This document shows, piece after piece, positions 31,001-39,094 of a DNA stretch of 64,000 bases (the first letter of the stretch is position 1; every line of letters begins with the position of its first letter). Position numbers and translations under genes: made by a program. A model generated the notes under the pieces. The model did no database searches. It worked only from the letters and a program-made list of their open reading frames with translations, and was not told where the DNA came from. Origin of the DNA: an uncultured Candidatus Poseidoniales archaeon (lineage in GTDB: Archaea > Thermoplasmatota > Poseidoniia > Poseidoniales > Poseidoniaceae); contig CAJJAV010000026.1 in the NCBI GenBank assembly GCA_905182125.1, forward strand, positions 18,194 through 82,193, given 5' to 3'.

Positions 31001-31458
31001 TGATTGGAACGGGGCTTACCTTCGAAGAACAAGCCTTTGACTGCACGTTCCCGGCTTCGGAGTTTGGACGATACCTCTGCGATACCAACGGCACGGTCGG
31101 TCCAGAGTTCATCACCGCCACACTCATCGATGAACGTGGACAAATCAGCGTCAGGTGGTCCATCACATACCTCGTTTGGAACCCTCCACCGCCGGCACCC
31201 GTTGTCGAGGATGAAGCAGAAACTTCCGAAGAGGCCAATCTGAAGACGACGTTGGAATCCAATGGTCTTCTTGTGGCTTCTGCGGCAGTCTTTGTGATCG
31301 CCTTGCTCGCTTTCCTTATCACAAGGCCACGCAGGCCAAAGCAAGTGGTTCAGAGTCCTTTTTCCCAAACGCCGCAGAGCTATGCTCCACCACAGTTTGT
31401 TAACGTGCCATCGGCTCCAGACTTAGGAAACCTACCGCCTTACGACCCTCGCCGTTAA
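28078..31458 (+). CDS. Secreted, membrane-anchored subtilisin/kexin-like serine protease (S8 catalytic domain plus proprotein-convertase P-domain) with Ca-binding TSP3-like and MopE-like Cys repeats
   Basis: Signal peptide MRAKFMCLMLLGAMLVPMTSASLA, with GGAAGGGAGG upstream of ATG 28078. Catalytic triad in GIVDDGLDWNHPD, HGTAAGGVAAA and GGTSSATPLVSG. P-domain LALTLTSPSGHQSIL...RGTWTLSVEDQGYGDTGTLEEWALILHG. C-terminal helix LLVASAAVFVIALLAFLI. Confidence 0.88.
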   Translation: MRAKFMCLMLLGAMLVPMTSASLAGTSALATEGAPLSAAENHPIIDGYSSSIQASIAFHSDLSTYDEDALLDVKDWVVFSHLEVGVPTEHLEGAFIVQLNAEEALRTLEQWQQIGKIEAAYPLVERSMEPRWAPNDPKFSEQWHLVNTGQTGGTSGEDVNITGAWNTYKGAGVVIGIVDDGLDWNHPDIFADYDSSLDYDFCNNDDDPTPTSNNAHGTAAGGVAAATGNNGIGVTGAAPEATLVGLQLISCSTTDVREGNTLGHEQQDIDIYSNSWGPSDNGETLEGPGPLMLAALEAGALQGRNGLGNIITWAAGNGLDDDDNSNNDGYANLRYTIAVTAVDHKGQQSYYAEPGANVLVASPSNGDGESITTTDIEGSGGYSGTDYTSTFGGTSSATPLVSGIIALMLEANANLTWRDVQHILVETSKQNDPNDNSWATNGAGHLVSHKYGYGVIDAGAAVAAAVNWEIADEEISVSSGTIQTDLDIPDRDEGYIEVNTTVTEAIQIENLDVIVDIPHNFRGDLALTLTSPSGHQSILSEKHDDENNDYNNWRFGSVQHWGEDSRGTWTLSVEDQGYGDTGTLEEWALILHGTQLNLDSDGDNLSDANETDVYGTDPYDIDTDDDELNDGLEVLVYGTDPLSVDTDMDGLDDGTEVLVNGTDPLDNDTDDDLLSDGDEVYIYGTNPLVFDADGDSDGFYWFQDCNDSNQDVYPNALEVLNGIDDDCNGSWDEGFNLTDADSDGLYDFEEYHGYGTDWQNSDTDGDGLEDGAEVMIYTTDPLVNDNDSDMDGYYWFQDCDDTNASFNPGMAETLDGLDNNCNGEIDEDFIDTDADFDGLLDMEEYLTHGTDPFDPDTDGDGLLDGIELFSTNTDPLYPDLDNDGDGYRWFNDCNDNNSLISPSATERWNGIDDDCDDGIDEDIDRSAYVSASPQFRSLTLNATNDTLQLSLSISLDNQSLDKINPTIQWSRNNTVIGTGLTFEEQAFDCTFPASEFGRYLCDTNGTVGPEFITATLIDERGQISVRWSITYLVWNPPPPAPVVEDEAETSEEANLKTTLESNGLLVASAAVFVIALLAFLITRPRRPKQVVQSPFSQTPQSYAPPQFVNVPSAPDLGNLPPYDPRR
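29872..30849 (+). repeat. Intragenic tandem repeat array: DxDxDG-type (thrombospondin type-3-like) Ca-binding repeats interleaved with three MopE-like Cys motifs
   Basis: Repeated (Y/N)GTDP(L/Y)xxDTDxDGLxDGxE units. Three copies of W(F)QDC(N/D)DxNxxxxPxxxExxNGxDDDC(N/D)GxxDE. Confidence 0.8.
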
Positions 31459-31465
31459 CAAGCGA

Positions 31466-33598
31466 TTATTGTGGTTGTTGTATATGGCTCCAACCGAGCA
31501 AACGGCCTTCATTGGCATCAGCGAGCAGGTTCAGTTGATTGGTCCACCCGTCGTTACCGTCCCATGAGCGCGACATATCGATTGAGACCGCTCCATCAGC
31601 ATCGCTGGCAAGGCTCGAAAGAATGGAGTTAAGTTCGCCGCCAGGAACAACGACAAGATAGCCAACCCTCACGTCGGCTTGGTACGCTCCATCAGCAGTG
31701 AAAAAGAGATCAGGTCCGGACAGTTGGCCGAACAAGGCGCCGTCAGACAGCCTTTCTTCCATCCCAGATATGTTCAATGTGGAAGGAATCGCTTCTCGAT
31801 TATGGGCTGCAGGGTCGTTGAGTGACGCCCTTTCCCAATACTCACACGTGGTTTCGCTTGGGGCTCCAGTAAGGTTGAATTTCACCCACCCGGCCTGTTC
31901 ATCTGTGTCCACCCAAGACATGTTCCACTCGCTTCCTTGAGCGGTGTCTACAGTCGTTGCACGCCATACATACCCACCGTTTTCAAGTGCGCTAGCAGCG
32001 CCGGCAGCAGCGCCTTGGAAATAGTCGAAGCATTGGATTGCTTGTTCAAAGGTGTGTGTTCTCATCGTTGAATCGTCAGGCATGTGAATTCCATTTGATC
32101 CCCATGCCACCAAGTCTGAATCGTCGATTTGAATTTGATTGGCTTGCGGCCTTGAAGAATACGAACGACCCAAATCCAGTTGCTTTTGGCCGCGTTCAAT
32201 GGAGGTGCGTTCGAAGATGTGATGAAGTTCTAAATCCCCTTTAGGTAACACCAAATCGTTTAGCAGTTGTGATGTTGTTGAGCAGTCTTGCTGGTTTGTT
32301 TGGGAACTTGAGATGACGACATCGACCTTTTGCTTTGCAGCCCAGGGGTTGCCTTCTTCAATCCATAATTCCATGGTGGCTGAACCCAAACAGTAGGTTT
32401 TGATGTCTTGGTGGGTAGCAACGACTTTCCAAGCAGGGCTGTTTGAGAACTCGTCGTTACCAATGACGCGCCAATCCCAACCGTTGCTGCTGCCCAAAGC
32501 CCCTCGTTCAATCATGTTGTTACCGAGTAAATCTTCCACTTCAATGGGTTGCAGCATCATTGCCAACCCCGGTGCAAGGATGGCCAAATCACCGAGTAAG
32601 CCGCCAACGCCGTAGCTCACCGTCGTGCCTCGATAATCCGTTGGAATGGAGGGCAAGCGCAACTCCCAATCTGCTTGAGTTGAGAGCAATGCTCGCTCGC
32701 GCAATTCGGTGTACTGCTTGGTTTCAATTTGCGCTGTGCCCTCGGCACTTGTTCCAAAATCACTGCATCCGCCAATCAAACCCGGGGGGAACGTTTTGAT
32801 TTTGAAACGGTCCAGAGTGTTGCTGTTGACGCTTTCGACCGCGAGCCATTGACTGCCCATGCCGCCCTTTGCTGTGACCGCACCAAGTCGATCTGTTGAA
32901 CCCTCGGCCAACAATTGATCCGTTCCCCCATTGGTGATGGAAAGTTGCCCATCGCCTTCAAACTCCAAACTGATTTTACAAGTTTCATCATCCGAATCAA
33001 GTTGATCCAACACCAAGGAGACATACTCCTCAGTTGCCAAGAATGTGCCTTCCTTCACGGTGTAACGCATCTCGTCACCATAACGCAGCTGGTCGGCAGT
33101 AAACGGTTCAAGTTGGTTGTTGATGTAGTAATACCCTCCTGCACCAAGGATGATGAGCGCCATCAATGCAGCGGCGACCTGGGGTCGCTTGATGATCTCA
33201 ACCAAGGTTGCTGGTTTCGCGTTTGTAGCCGAAGTCTTGGACCTTGAGGTAACCTTTGGCTTGACCGAGTCAGAAACCAAATCGGCATCGAGGATTTCGG
33301 CTTCAAGAATGTCATCATCCTCTTCTTGAGGTGTTGCAACTTCTTCTGCCTCTTTTGGTGGTTCGATTTCAGGCGTGAGGGTGTCCTCGTCTTCCATAGA
33401 GAGGACCACTTCGTGCTCTGTTTTTTTGAGAGGGGCCGTCTTTTTGATTTCTTTGAGCCCGACATCGCCCCGGGACAAGCCCGATTCCAGCAACCGATCG
33501 ACTAAATTACTCTTTTTTCCAGAGGTTGCTAAATCGTTAATGATGCACAGGGCCTTCAGTTTCGCAACCGTCAAGGTCGATGTGACATCATCGCTCAT
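31466..33598 (-). CDS. Membrane protein with N-terminal cytoplasmic SAP (putative DNA-binding) motif, acidic linker, one TM helix and a large ectodomain
   Basis: SAP-like LTVAKLKALCIINDLATSGKKSNLVDRLLESG at residues about 8-41. TM helix VAAALMALIILGAGGYYYI. Remaining approx 560 aa unassignable. Confidence 0.6.
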   Translation of the reverse strand: MSDDVTSTLTVAKLKALCIINDLATSGKKSNLVDRLLESGLSRGDVGLKEIKKTAPLKKTEHEVVLSMEDEDTLTPEIEPPKEAEEVATPQEEDDDILEAEILDADLVSDSVKPKVTSRSKTSATNAKPATLVEIIKRPQVAAALMALIILGAGGYYYINNQLEPFTADQLRYGDEMRYTVKEGTFLATEEYVSLVLDQLDSDDETCKISLEFEGDGQLSITNGGTDQLLAEGSTDRLGAVTAKGGMGSQWLAVESVNSNTLDRFKIKTFPPGLIGGCSDFGTSAEGTAQIETKQYTELRERALLSTQADWELRLPSIPTDYRGTTVSYGVGGLLGDLAILAPGLAMMLQPIEVEDLLGNNMIERGALGSSNGWDWRVIGNDEFSNSPAWKVVATHQDIKTYCLGSATMELWIEEGNPWAAKQKVDVVISSSQTNQQDCSTTSQLLNDLVLPKGDLELHHIFERTSIERGQKQLDLGRSYSSRPQANQIQIDDSDLVAWGSNGIHMPDDSTMRTHTFEQAIQCFDYFQGAAAGAASALENGGYVWRATTVDTAQGSEWNMSWVDTDEQAGWVKFNLTGAPSETTCEYWERASLNDPAAHNREAIPSTLNISGMEERLSDGALFGQLSGPDLFFTADGAYQADVRVGYLVVVPGGELNSILSSLASDADGAVSIDMSRSWDGNDGWTNQLNLLADANEGRLLGWSHIQQPQ

Positions 33599-33696
33599 GT
33601 TTGAACCCCAACCATAGCGTGACGGCTATCCCTTTCAAGGGTGGCGCTCGATGAGCAGCCTCAAAGTACGGTTTCCATGCTGTGAACAGAAGGCGT

Positions 33697-34737
33697 TCAT
33701 TCTTCATGCGGAGCGTAACTTCCATCCTCGTTTTGAACATAGACGGTCTGTTCGTACGACCCATCCGCTAATTTAGCAAAGAAGAAACCATTCTCAGTTG
33801 GTTCATAGGTCACGCCAGTTGCATCAACCGGCTCAACAGCAAGCGATGATTCAACCGCTGTTTCCTCCGCCACGTTTTCTTCTGGTGGCGGGGATGGAGC
33901 AGCTGCATCAGGAGGACCACTTGGGCCTGATGACCCTGGTGGGCCAGAGGGACCTGAAGCACTCGGCGGTCCTGCTGGACCGGCAGTAATGCGATCGTTT
34001 GCAATCGTTGCAAGCACCTTGGTTTCAGTGGTTTCAAGATCGCCTTCAAGGAGTTCCTTGACGGATTCCCCGTGCCTCTGCGCTCCAATGAAGGCAAAAG
34101 CAGAGAGGCCTAAGCAGATCAAGCCAAGGAATCCTGCAATGACTTGGTTTGGATAGACTGCGCCTTCGATGGTCATGCTCGTGCCACTGGTTCCGATGTT
34201 GGCACCATTGCTGTCGACAAACTGAACGATGACGCAGTAGTGGCCAGGATCAAGTTGGAAATTAAACGTGTATTCTCCACCTGCTACAGGTGTATCTTCA
34301 TGCAATTCATATTGGTAACTGTGGTCAGTTCCATCGCGGGCAAGTTCGGTCTGAGTGCCCAAGTTTTGTCCGCAGTCCTTCTCCCCGAGGGCATAGGCTG
34401 CAAGATGAACATCGGCCGCCGCTGGTGGATTTTGCACCTTTACATCAATCGTCAATGGGACGTCCATGAAGTCTTCACCGGGCAGTGAAGGTCCCCAGAC
34501 AAGACCAATGTCCGTTTCAGCCGAGTTCGTAAATCCATCATAGTCCTCATCAAATGACATTGGGAATAAAGCAAAACCAAACATCAAAACAGCGATACCG
34601 AGCCATAAAAAAACATTCCACCGCGACTGTTTCAAAGCCTCTTGGCGCTGTTCAAGCGTCATCGCCTCCGCTTGCTCATCTCGGTCGATATCAACAGCGA
34701 GTTCGGCCGCAGAGCCGTCGCCCTGTTCTTCTGACAT
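33697..34737 (-). CDS. Hypothetical membrane protein (two TM helices, ectodomain, Pro/Gly/Ser-rich cytoplasmic tail)
   Basis: Helices VFLWLGIAVLMFGFALF and IAGFLGLICLGLSAFAFIGA. Low-complexity segment GPAGPPSASGPSGPPGSSGPSGPPDAAAPSPPPEE. Confidence 0.5.
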   Translation of the reverse strand: MSEEQGDGSAAELAVDIDRDEQAEAMTLEQRQEALKQSRWNVFLWLGIAVLMFGFALFPMSFDEDYDGFTNSAETDIGLVWGPSLPGEDFMDVPLTIDVKVQNPPAAADVHLAAYALGEKDCGQNLGTQTELARDGTDHSYQYELHEDTPVAGGEYTFNFQLDPGHYCVIVQFVDSNGANIGTSGTSMTIEGAVYPNQVIAGFLGLICLGLSAFAFIGAQRHGESVKELLEGDLETTETKVLATIANDRITAGPAGPPSASGPSGPPGSSGPSGPPDAAAPSPPPEENVAEETAVESSLAVEPVDATGVTYEPTENGFFFAKLADGSYEQTVYVQNEDGSYAPHEE

Positions 34738-34792
34738 GAATCCCCCTGTTCAGGGCGAGCACTTGAAAGGCGCGTTCCTTCGTCGCCCGAAT

Positions 34793-36034
34793 ATGAGCAT
34801 GGGTGGCGAGGGTCACGACGCCAACGACGCGTCAGAGTCCAGTCTCCGGCTGGCGATTCTTTCCAGAGGGCCGCGATTGTACAGCACTCGGCGCTTGGTC
34901 GAGGAAGCTCGAAAGCGGGGATTGGACCCCTATGTGGCGGACCCAATGAAGTTCTCATTGTTTGTTGCCGATGGTCGAATCGATGTGCTGCACAACGGGG
35001 AACCGTTCAATTTTGATGCGGTCATTCCCCGCATTGGCCATTCGATCACGAAACACGGTGTTGCTGTTTTACGCCACTTAGAGCAGTTGGGCATCTGGAC
35101 GGCCAACAGCGGTGGCGGTATCCTACAGAGCCGCGATAAATTGCACGCATCACAAATCCTGGCACGGAATCGACTCCCAGTCCCAAGAACGACCTATGTT
35201 CGAGACATCATTGATGTCGAAACGGCTGTTGATTTCGTCGGTGGCCTTCCTGTGGTCATCAAAGTCACACAAGGTACACAGGGCCAAGGTGTGTTCTTGC
35301 GCCACACCCTGCGAGAAGCAAACAACCTCGTGCAAGGGCTGCTGCTGACCGGGCGTGCCGTGCTCGTCCAAGAGTACATTGCAGAATCTCACGGTAAAGA
35401 TGTGCGAGCCTTGGTCGTCGGTGACCGGGTTGTTGCAAGCATGCGTCGTCGAGCACGTGGGCGAGAATTCCGCTCGAATTACCACCTGAATGGAACGGTC
35501 GAGAAGGTGGATTTAGCTCCCGAATTTGTCGAAGCCGCATGCCGAGCAGCACGTGTCCTCGGCCTCCACATTGCCGGCGTTGATCTGCTTGAATCAGATG
35601 ATGGACCGTTGGTGCTTGAGGTCAATTCTTCCCCCGGTCTCGAAGGCATTGAGAAAGCCAGCGGTGTCAACGTAGCCGGCGCAATCATCGACTACGTCAT
35701 GAGCGAAACTGAATTCTCAGAAGTGGATCTCGACCAATTATTACGCACCGTTCCTGGTGCAGGAGTTCTTTCACTTCAAATTCGAAACCATCCAAACGTG
35801 GTCGGAAAACCGCTTGCAAGTTTGTTCAAGTCAGAAGCCGAAATACCTGTCTTTGCTCTGTCAAGAGATAACAGGTTGATTTGGAACCCTCCGAATGAAA
35901 TACAGTTGCGTTGGGATGACATACTGGTTTGCTATGGTGAACTCACAAAGTTGAGAGCATCGCTTCGTCAAGCAATCCTCGATGTTTCATCAGAGGCCCT
36001 CGGTATCGACGGGCGCGAAGAGACCAACGCTTGA
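34793..36034 (+). CDS. RimK-type ATP-grasp ligase (alpha-L-glutamate ligase-like) fused to a C-terminal TrkA_C/RCK_C-like domain
   Basis: ATP-grasp motifs LPVVIKVTQGTQGQGV, LVQEYIAESHGKDVRALVVGDRVVASMRR, EFRSNYHLNG and IAGVDLLESDDGPLVLEVNSSPGLEGIE. C-terminal VVGKPLASL...FALSRDNRLIWNPPNEIQLRWDDILVCYGELTKL resembles RCK_C. Confidence 0.75.
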   Translation: MSMGGEGHDANDASESSLRLAILSRGPRLYSTRRLVEEARKRGLDPYVADPMKFSLFVADGRIDVLHNGEPFNFDAVIPRIGHSITKHGVAVLRHLEQLGIWTANSGGGILQSRDKLHASQILARNRLPVPRTTYVRDIIDVETAVDFVGGLPVVIKVTQGTQGQGVFLRHTLREANNLVQGLLLTGRAVLVQEYIAESHGKDVRALVVGDRVVASMRRRARGREFRSNYHLNGTVEKVDLAPEFVEAACRAARVLGLHIAGVDLLESDDGPLVLEVNSSPGLEGIEKASGVNVAGAIIDYVMSETEFSEVDLDQLLRTVPGAGVLSLQIRNHPNVVGKPLASLFKSEAEIPVFALSRDNRLIWNPPNEIQLRWDDILVCYGELTKLRASLRQAILDVSSEALGIDGREETNA

Positions 36035-36175
36035 CTCGGCGAAGTTGAATCACCAATCAGGTGCTTTTGGCAACCGCAACATCGCGCGGTGGTTTGATAT
36101 GGGACCATACGTTACTGAAATCGCTCTTCGGAGCACGGGATGCACGCTCGCTTCGGCGAGAGGCGGTGAACGCCA

Positions 36176-37285
36176 ATGGAAAAGCGGAGAACAGAACTGC
36201 GGCAACGCAAGGCACTGAGACCAAGCCAATTGAGGCTTGACGCGTCCAGCGTCGATCTGCCTCCTCGATTGGTTCACCTCGCTGATCTTCCATGGGTGAC
36301 ATGTTACCGTCAAGCCCTTCGTGCTGAAAATAAATCCGAAAACACTCAGAAGTCTTACGCTAGTGGTTTGCGTGCTCTGGTTGAAACCACGCTCCCAGGT
36401 GAAGACGTCCTCGATCAAACGGTTTACGACACCATGAGTGTTACAGAATTAGCTGACCGTATGGAGCCTCTGAACGGTCGCCTTGACCGTTGGACCTTCT
36501 CCCTTTCCGAACTCAGACCGACGACCTACAACGCTCGTCTCGCTGCTGCGAGGCACCTGCTCAAATGGCTTGGTCATCGCTGGCCAGATCATCTGGTTCG
36601 TGCTCGAACGGGGCGCCGTCTTCCCCGAACGCTCACTCGCCGAGAGATGTCGATGGTGCTCGAAGCCTCTGCTATCAGCGAAAACCCGGTTGCTTCAATC
36701 GTCGTGACAATGATGCTCGACACGGGGCTTCGAGTCAGTGAAGTGTGCAACCTCGACATCAACGACATCGATCTCGAAGATGGTTCAGCAAGGGTGTTTG
36801 GGGGCAAGGGTGACAAAGACAGACTTGTTTTGTTCACGCGCCGAACGCTTGAGCGAATCCATGCGTGGATTCCAGTCCGAGAAGCTCGTCGAAAAGGCGA
36901 TGATTATGCCTTCTTGCTCAACTCAGCAGGCCGTCGGCTTCAACCTCGTGGCGTTCAACGTCTTATGGATGACCTTGCCGTTGATGCAGCGCTTCCTAAG
37001 GGGAAACTCACGCCTCACGTTCTTCGCCATAACTTTGCTACAGGCCTGTTGGAGCGTGGGGCGGATCTTGTCACCATCCAGCGGTTGTTGGGCCATTCCA
37101 GCATAGCCACAACTCGCGTCTACCTCGAGATTTCGGATCAAACACTCCGGGAAGTCTACCACCGTGCCCAAGCCACCAGAGAAACCCTTGAGGCCGCAGC
37201 CGAAGCCAGCGAGAATGTGCACGCTGTCGAAGAGATGACACCTTCCACAAGTGCTTACGGCGTTGAAGAATCACGTTCGCTTTGA
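36176..37285 (+). CDS. Tyrosine recombinase (XerA/XerC/D-like)
   Basis: Core-binding-domain-like N-terminus. Catalytic residues in GLRVSEVCNLDINDIDL (R), TPHVLRHNFATGLLERG (HxxR) and LLGHSSIATTRVYLEI (H, Y). Confidence 0.85.
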   Translation: MEKRRTELRQRKALRPSQLRLDASSVDLPPRLVHLADLPWVTCYRQALRAENKSENTQKSYASGLRALVETTLPGEDVLDQTVYDTMSVTELADRMEPLNGRLDRWTFSLSELRPTTYNARLAAARHLLKWLGHRWPDHLVRARTGRRLPRTLTRREMSMVLEASAISENPVASIVVTMMLDTGLRVSEVCNLDINDIDLEDGSARVFGGKGDKDRLVLFTRRTLERIHAWIPVREARRKGDDYAFLLNSAGRRLQPRGVQRLMDDLAVDAALPKGKLTPHVLRHNFATGLLERGADLVTIQRLLGHSSIATTRVYLEISDQTLREVYHRAQATRETLEAAAEASENVHAVEEMTPSTSAYGVEESRSL

Positions 37286-37316
37286 TGTGCGCTTGAGCAC
37301 ACTACAGGCTTGAACA

Positions 37317-37835
37317 TCACTTCTTGGGCTTGAACCAAGGCATGTCACGAACGCTTCGTGGAACCTTGAGCGTCGATCCTTTTCGGTCGTTGCTCTTTTT
37401 GCTTGGAACGGTTTTGCTGCTAGCAGTTTTCGCTTTTGCAGCAGTTGCCTTTACGGCAGACTTTGCTTTTGCTGCGGTCTTTTTGGTTGCTGCGGCCGCT
37501 TTCTTAGCGGTGGATTTAGCAACAGTCTTTGCTTTGGAAGTTGATTTTACCGCGACTGTCTTGGCCTTTGTAGCGGTCTTTTTGGATGCCGATGCCGCTT
37601 TCTTAGCGGTGGACTTGGTGGTTGTTGTGGCCTTTTGTGCTGCCTTAGCAGCCGCACTGACCTTGGTTGCGATTGCAGCGCTCAAACCGGCGTCTTGAAG
37701 CTTCTTTGCACCAGCACCAGCGATCTTACTGACGGTGTCCAATTTTGCAGCAATGAGTTTCTTTGCTGTTGCAGCACCAACACCTGGCAATGCGGTCAAT
37801 GTTTCAATCTTAGAGGAACCCTTCTTCGCAGCCAT
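37317..37835 (-). CDS. Helix-hairpin-helix DNA-binding protein with Lys/Ala/Thr-rich histone-H1-like tail
   Basis: HhH motif LTALPGVGAATAKKLIAAKLDTVSKIAGAGAKKL, followed by about 100 aa of (K/A/T/S) repeats such as KSTAKKAASASKKTATKAKT. Start at ATG 37835 (MAAKKGSS). Confidence 0.65.
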   Translation of the reverse strand: MAAKKGSSKIETLTALPGVGAATAKKLIAAKLDTVSKIAGAGAKKLQDAGLSAAIATKVSAAAKAAQKATTTTKSTAKKAASASKKTATKAKTVAVKSTSKAKTVAKSTAKKAAAATKKTAAKAKSAVKATAAKAKTASSKTVPSKKSNDRKGSTLKVPRSVRDMPWFKPKK

Positions 37836-37937
37836 AGTCTCACTTACCCACCGATAGAAGGTGACCCACTTCAATTCTCTCCCTCTCTCATCCCCCAAAG
37901 GCGTTGCATTGATGGGTCGGTTGACCCACCGAACACC

Positions 37938-38822
37938 ATGGCAGAGGGGGGTTCACCCAACAACATGACGCGAATTTTCGCTCAAGTTTTGCGCGCAAGT
38001 GCGAGTCATAAAGTGGAACAGGAGAGTCAACTTCTGCGGCCGAAGGGATACACTCTGCCAAGCAATGCGGTTTACCTCGGTGATGTGATGACTGCGCTTT
38101 TGGCAAACCTCTCTCAACCCGACACCCCTCATTTTCCCCAGCCACCCGGGTTCAATGAGCAGCGGTGGACCTTGACAACTCAAAGTGGCCCACTTGGGAT
38201 TCGAGTGGAATCTCATGCGTATTGGGGGTTCGGTTTATTCAATTCTGGTTATCTGAATGTGATTGAATTGACCGGGCCATACGCCCAACGAATGCGATTG
38301 ATGTTTGACCTAAAAGCCTCGATAGGGCGCAACCCTTGGGAATTTCAACACCGCAATGCAGCCGTGAAATGGCTCGCTAAGAACGATCCCACATCAACCG
38401 TAGAAGGGAATGAAGCACGTTGGCGAGAAGGATTGAAAGCTGCACACCATGAGTTCGAAGCTTCAATCGAAGTGATCGAGCAACGTTCAAAAACAGTTGA
38501 AAAGCGAATGAAAGCGGAAAAAAACAGCCAGGAGTGGGTGCTGGAAAAGGCGCAGGTCGCTTTTACTTCTGCTCAATGTGATCTGGACATTGCCCGCAAC
38601 GCTCTGGCAGATGAGAACGCTCCAGGATTGGAACGAGCGCTCGCTCGCGTCGAGGCCGCTCTCATCGAAGCGGATCCGAGCACGGGCCTTCTGTCCTCAG
38701 ACTTTGACGCATCAGCCCCTGAGGAACTGCGGCTGAGAACCGAAGCCAATGAAGCACATGCAACTTCTTTTTCTGACTTGGAAATCGTCGACCTCACCAG
38801 CCCGGGTGAGGAAGAAGAGTAA
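37938..38822 (+). CDS. Hypothetical protein (C-terminal coiled coil, acidic tail)
   Basis: Start moved to ATG 37938 (MAEGGSPNN) because the upstream part of the long ORF is antisense to the K/A-rich gene. No family recognised. Confidence 0.45.
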   Translation: MAEGGSPNNMTRIFAQVLRASASHKVEQESQLLRPKGYTLPSNAVYLGDVMTALLANLSQPDTPHFPQPPGFNEQRWTLTTQSGPLGIRVESHAYWGFGLFNSGYLNVIELTGPYAQRMRLMFDLKASIGRNPWEFQHRNAAVKWLAKNDPTSTVEGNEARWREGLKAAHHEFEASIEVIEQRSKTVEKRMKAEKNSQEWVLEKAQVAFTSAQCDLDIARNALADENAPGLERALARVEAALIEADPSTGLLSSDFDASAPEELRLRTEANEAHATSFSDLEIVDLTSPGEEEE

Positions 38823-38889
38823 TTTTCCAGTGGATTTGGCCGCCGCGCTGCGTTGATAAAGGGGAGCCATCTCGCAGAGATTGATTCAC

Positions 38890-39081
38890 ATGGCTTCCAA
38901 GAAGAAATCCGACGGCAGTGGAATTCAACAGGCTGCAGGTCTCATTCGATACTTCGATGAGGAATCTGAAGATGCTTGGAAGATCACGCCAGGACAGGTT
39001 TACTTTGCCTGCATCGGACTTGGACTCTTCTTTTACCTCGTTAACCAAGGCGTCGTTGGCGCCATCATGGGCCTCTTCTGA
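38890..39081 (+). CDS. secG: Preprotein translocase subunit Sec61-beta (archaeal SecG)
   Basis: 63 aa. Conserved AAGLIRYFDEE segment followed by a single C-terminal TM helix VYFACIGLGLFFYLV. Confidence 0.75.
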   Translation: MASKKKSDGSGIQQAAGLIRYFDEESEDAWKITPGQVYFACIGLGLFFYLVNQGVVGAIMGLF

Positions 39082-39094
39082 GTTCAACAACCGC

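Noticed and set aside
36140-36165. CTCGC-TTCG-GCGAG stem-loop (UUCG tetraloop) just upstream of the recombinase start
   Set aside because: A short 5-bp stem that could arise by chance. No further structure or conservation could be assessed. Noted but not called as a feature.
37324-37698. 124-aa plus-strand ORF rich in Ala/Val/Phe
   Set aside because: Mirror image of the Lys/Ala-rich coding repeat on the minus strand. The minus-strand frame has an HhH motif and a plausible ATG with a clean N-terminus.
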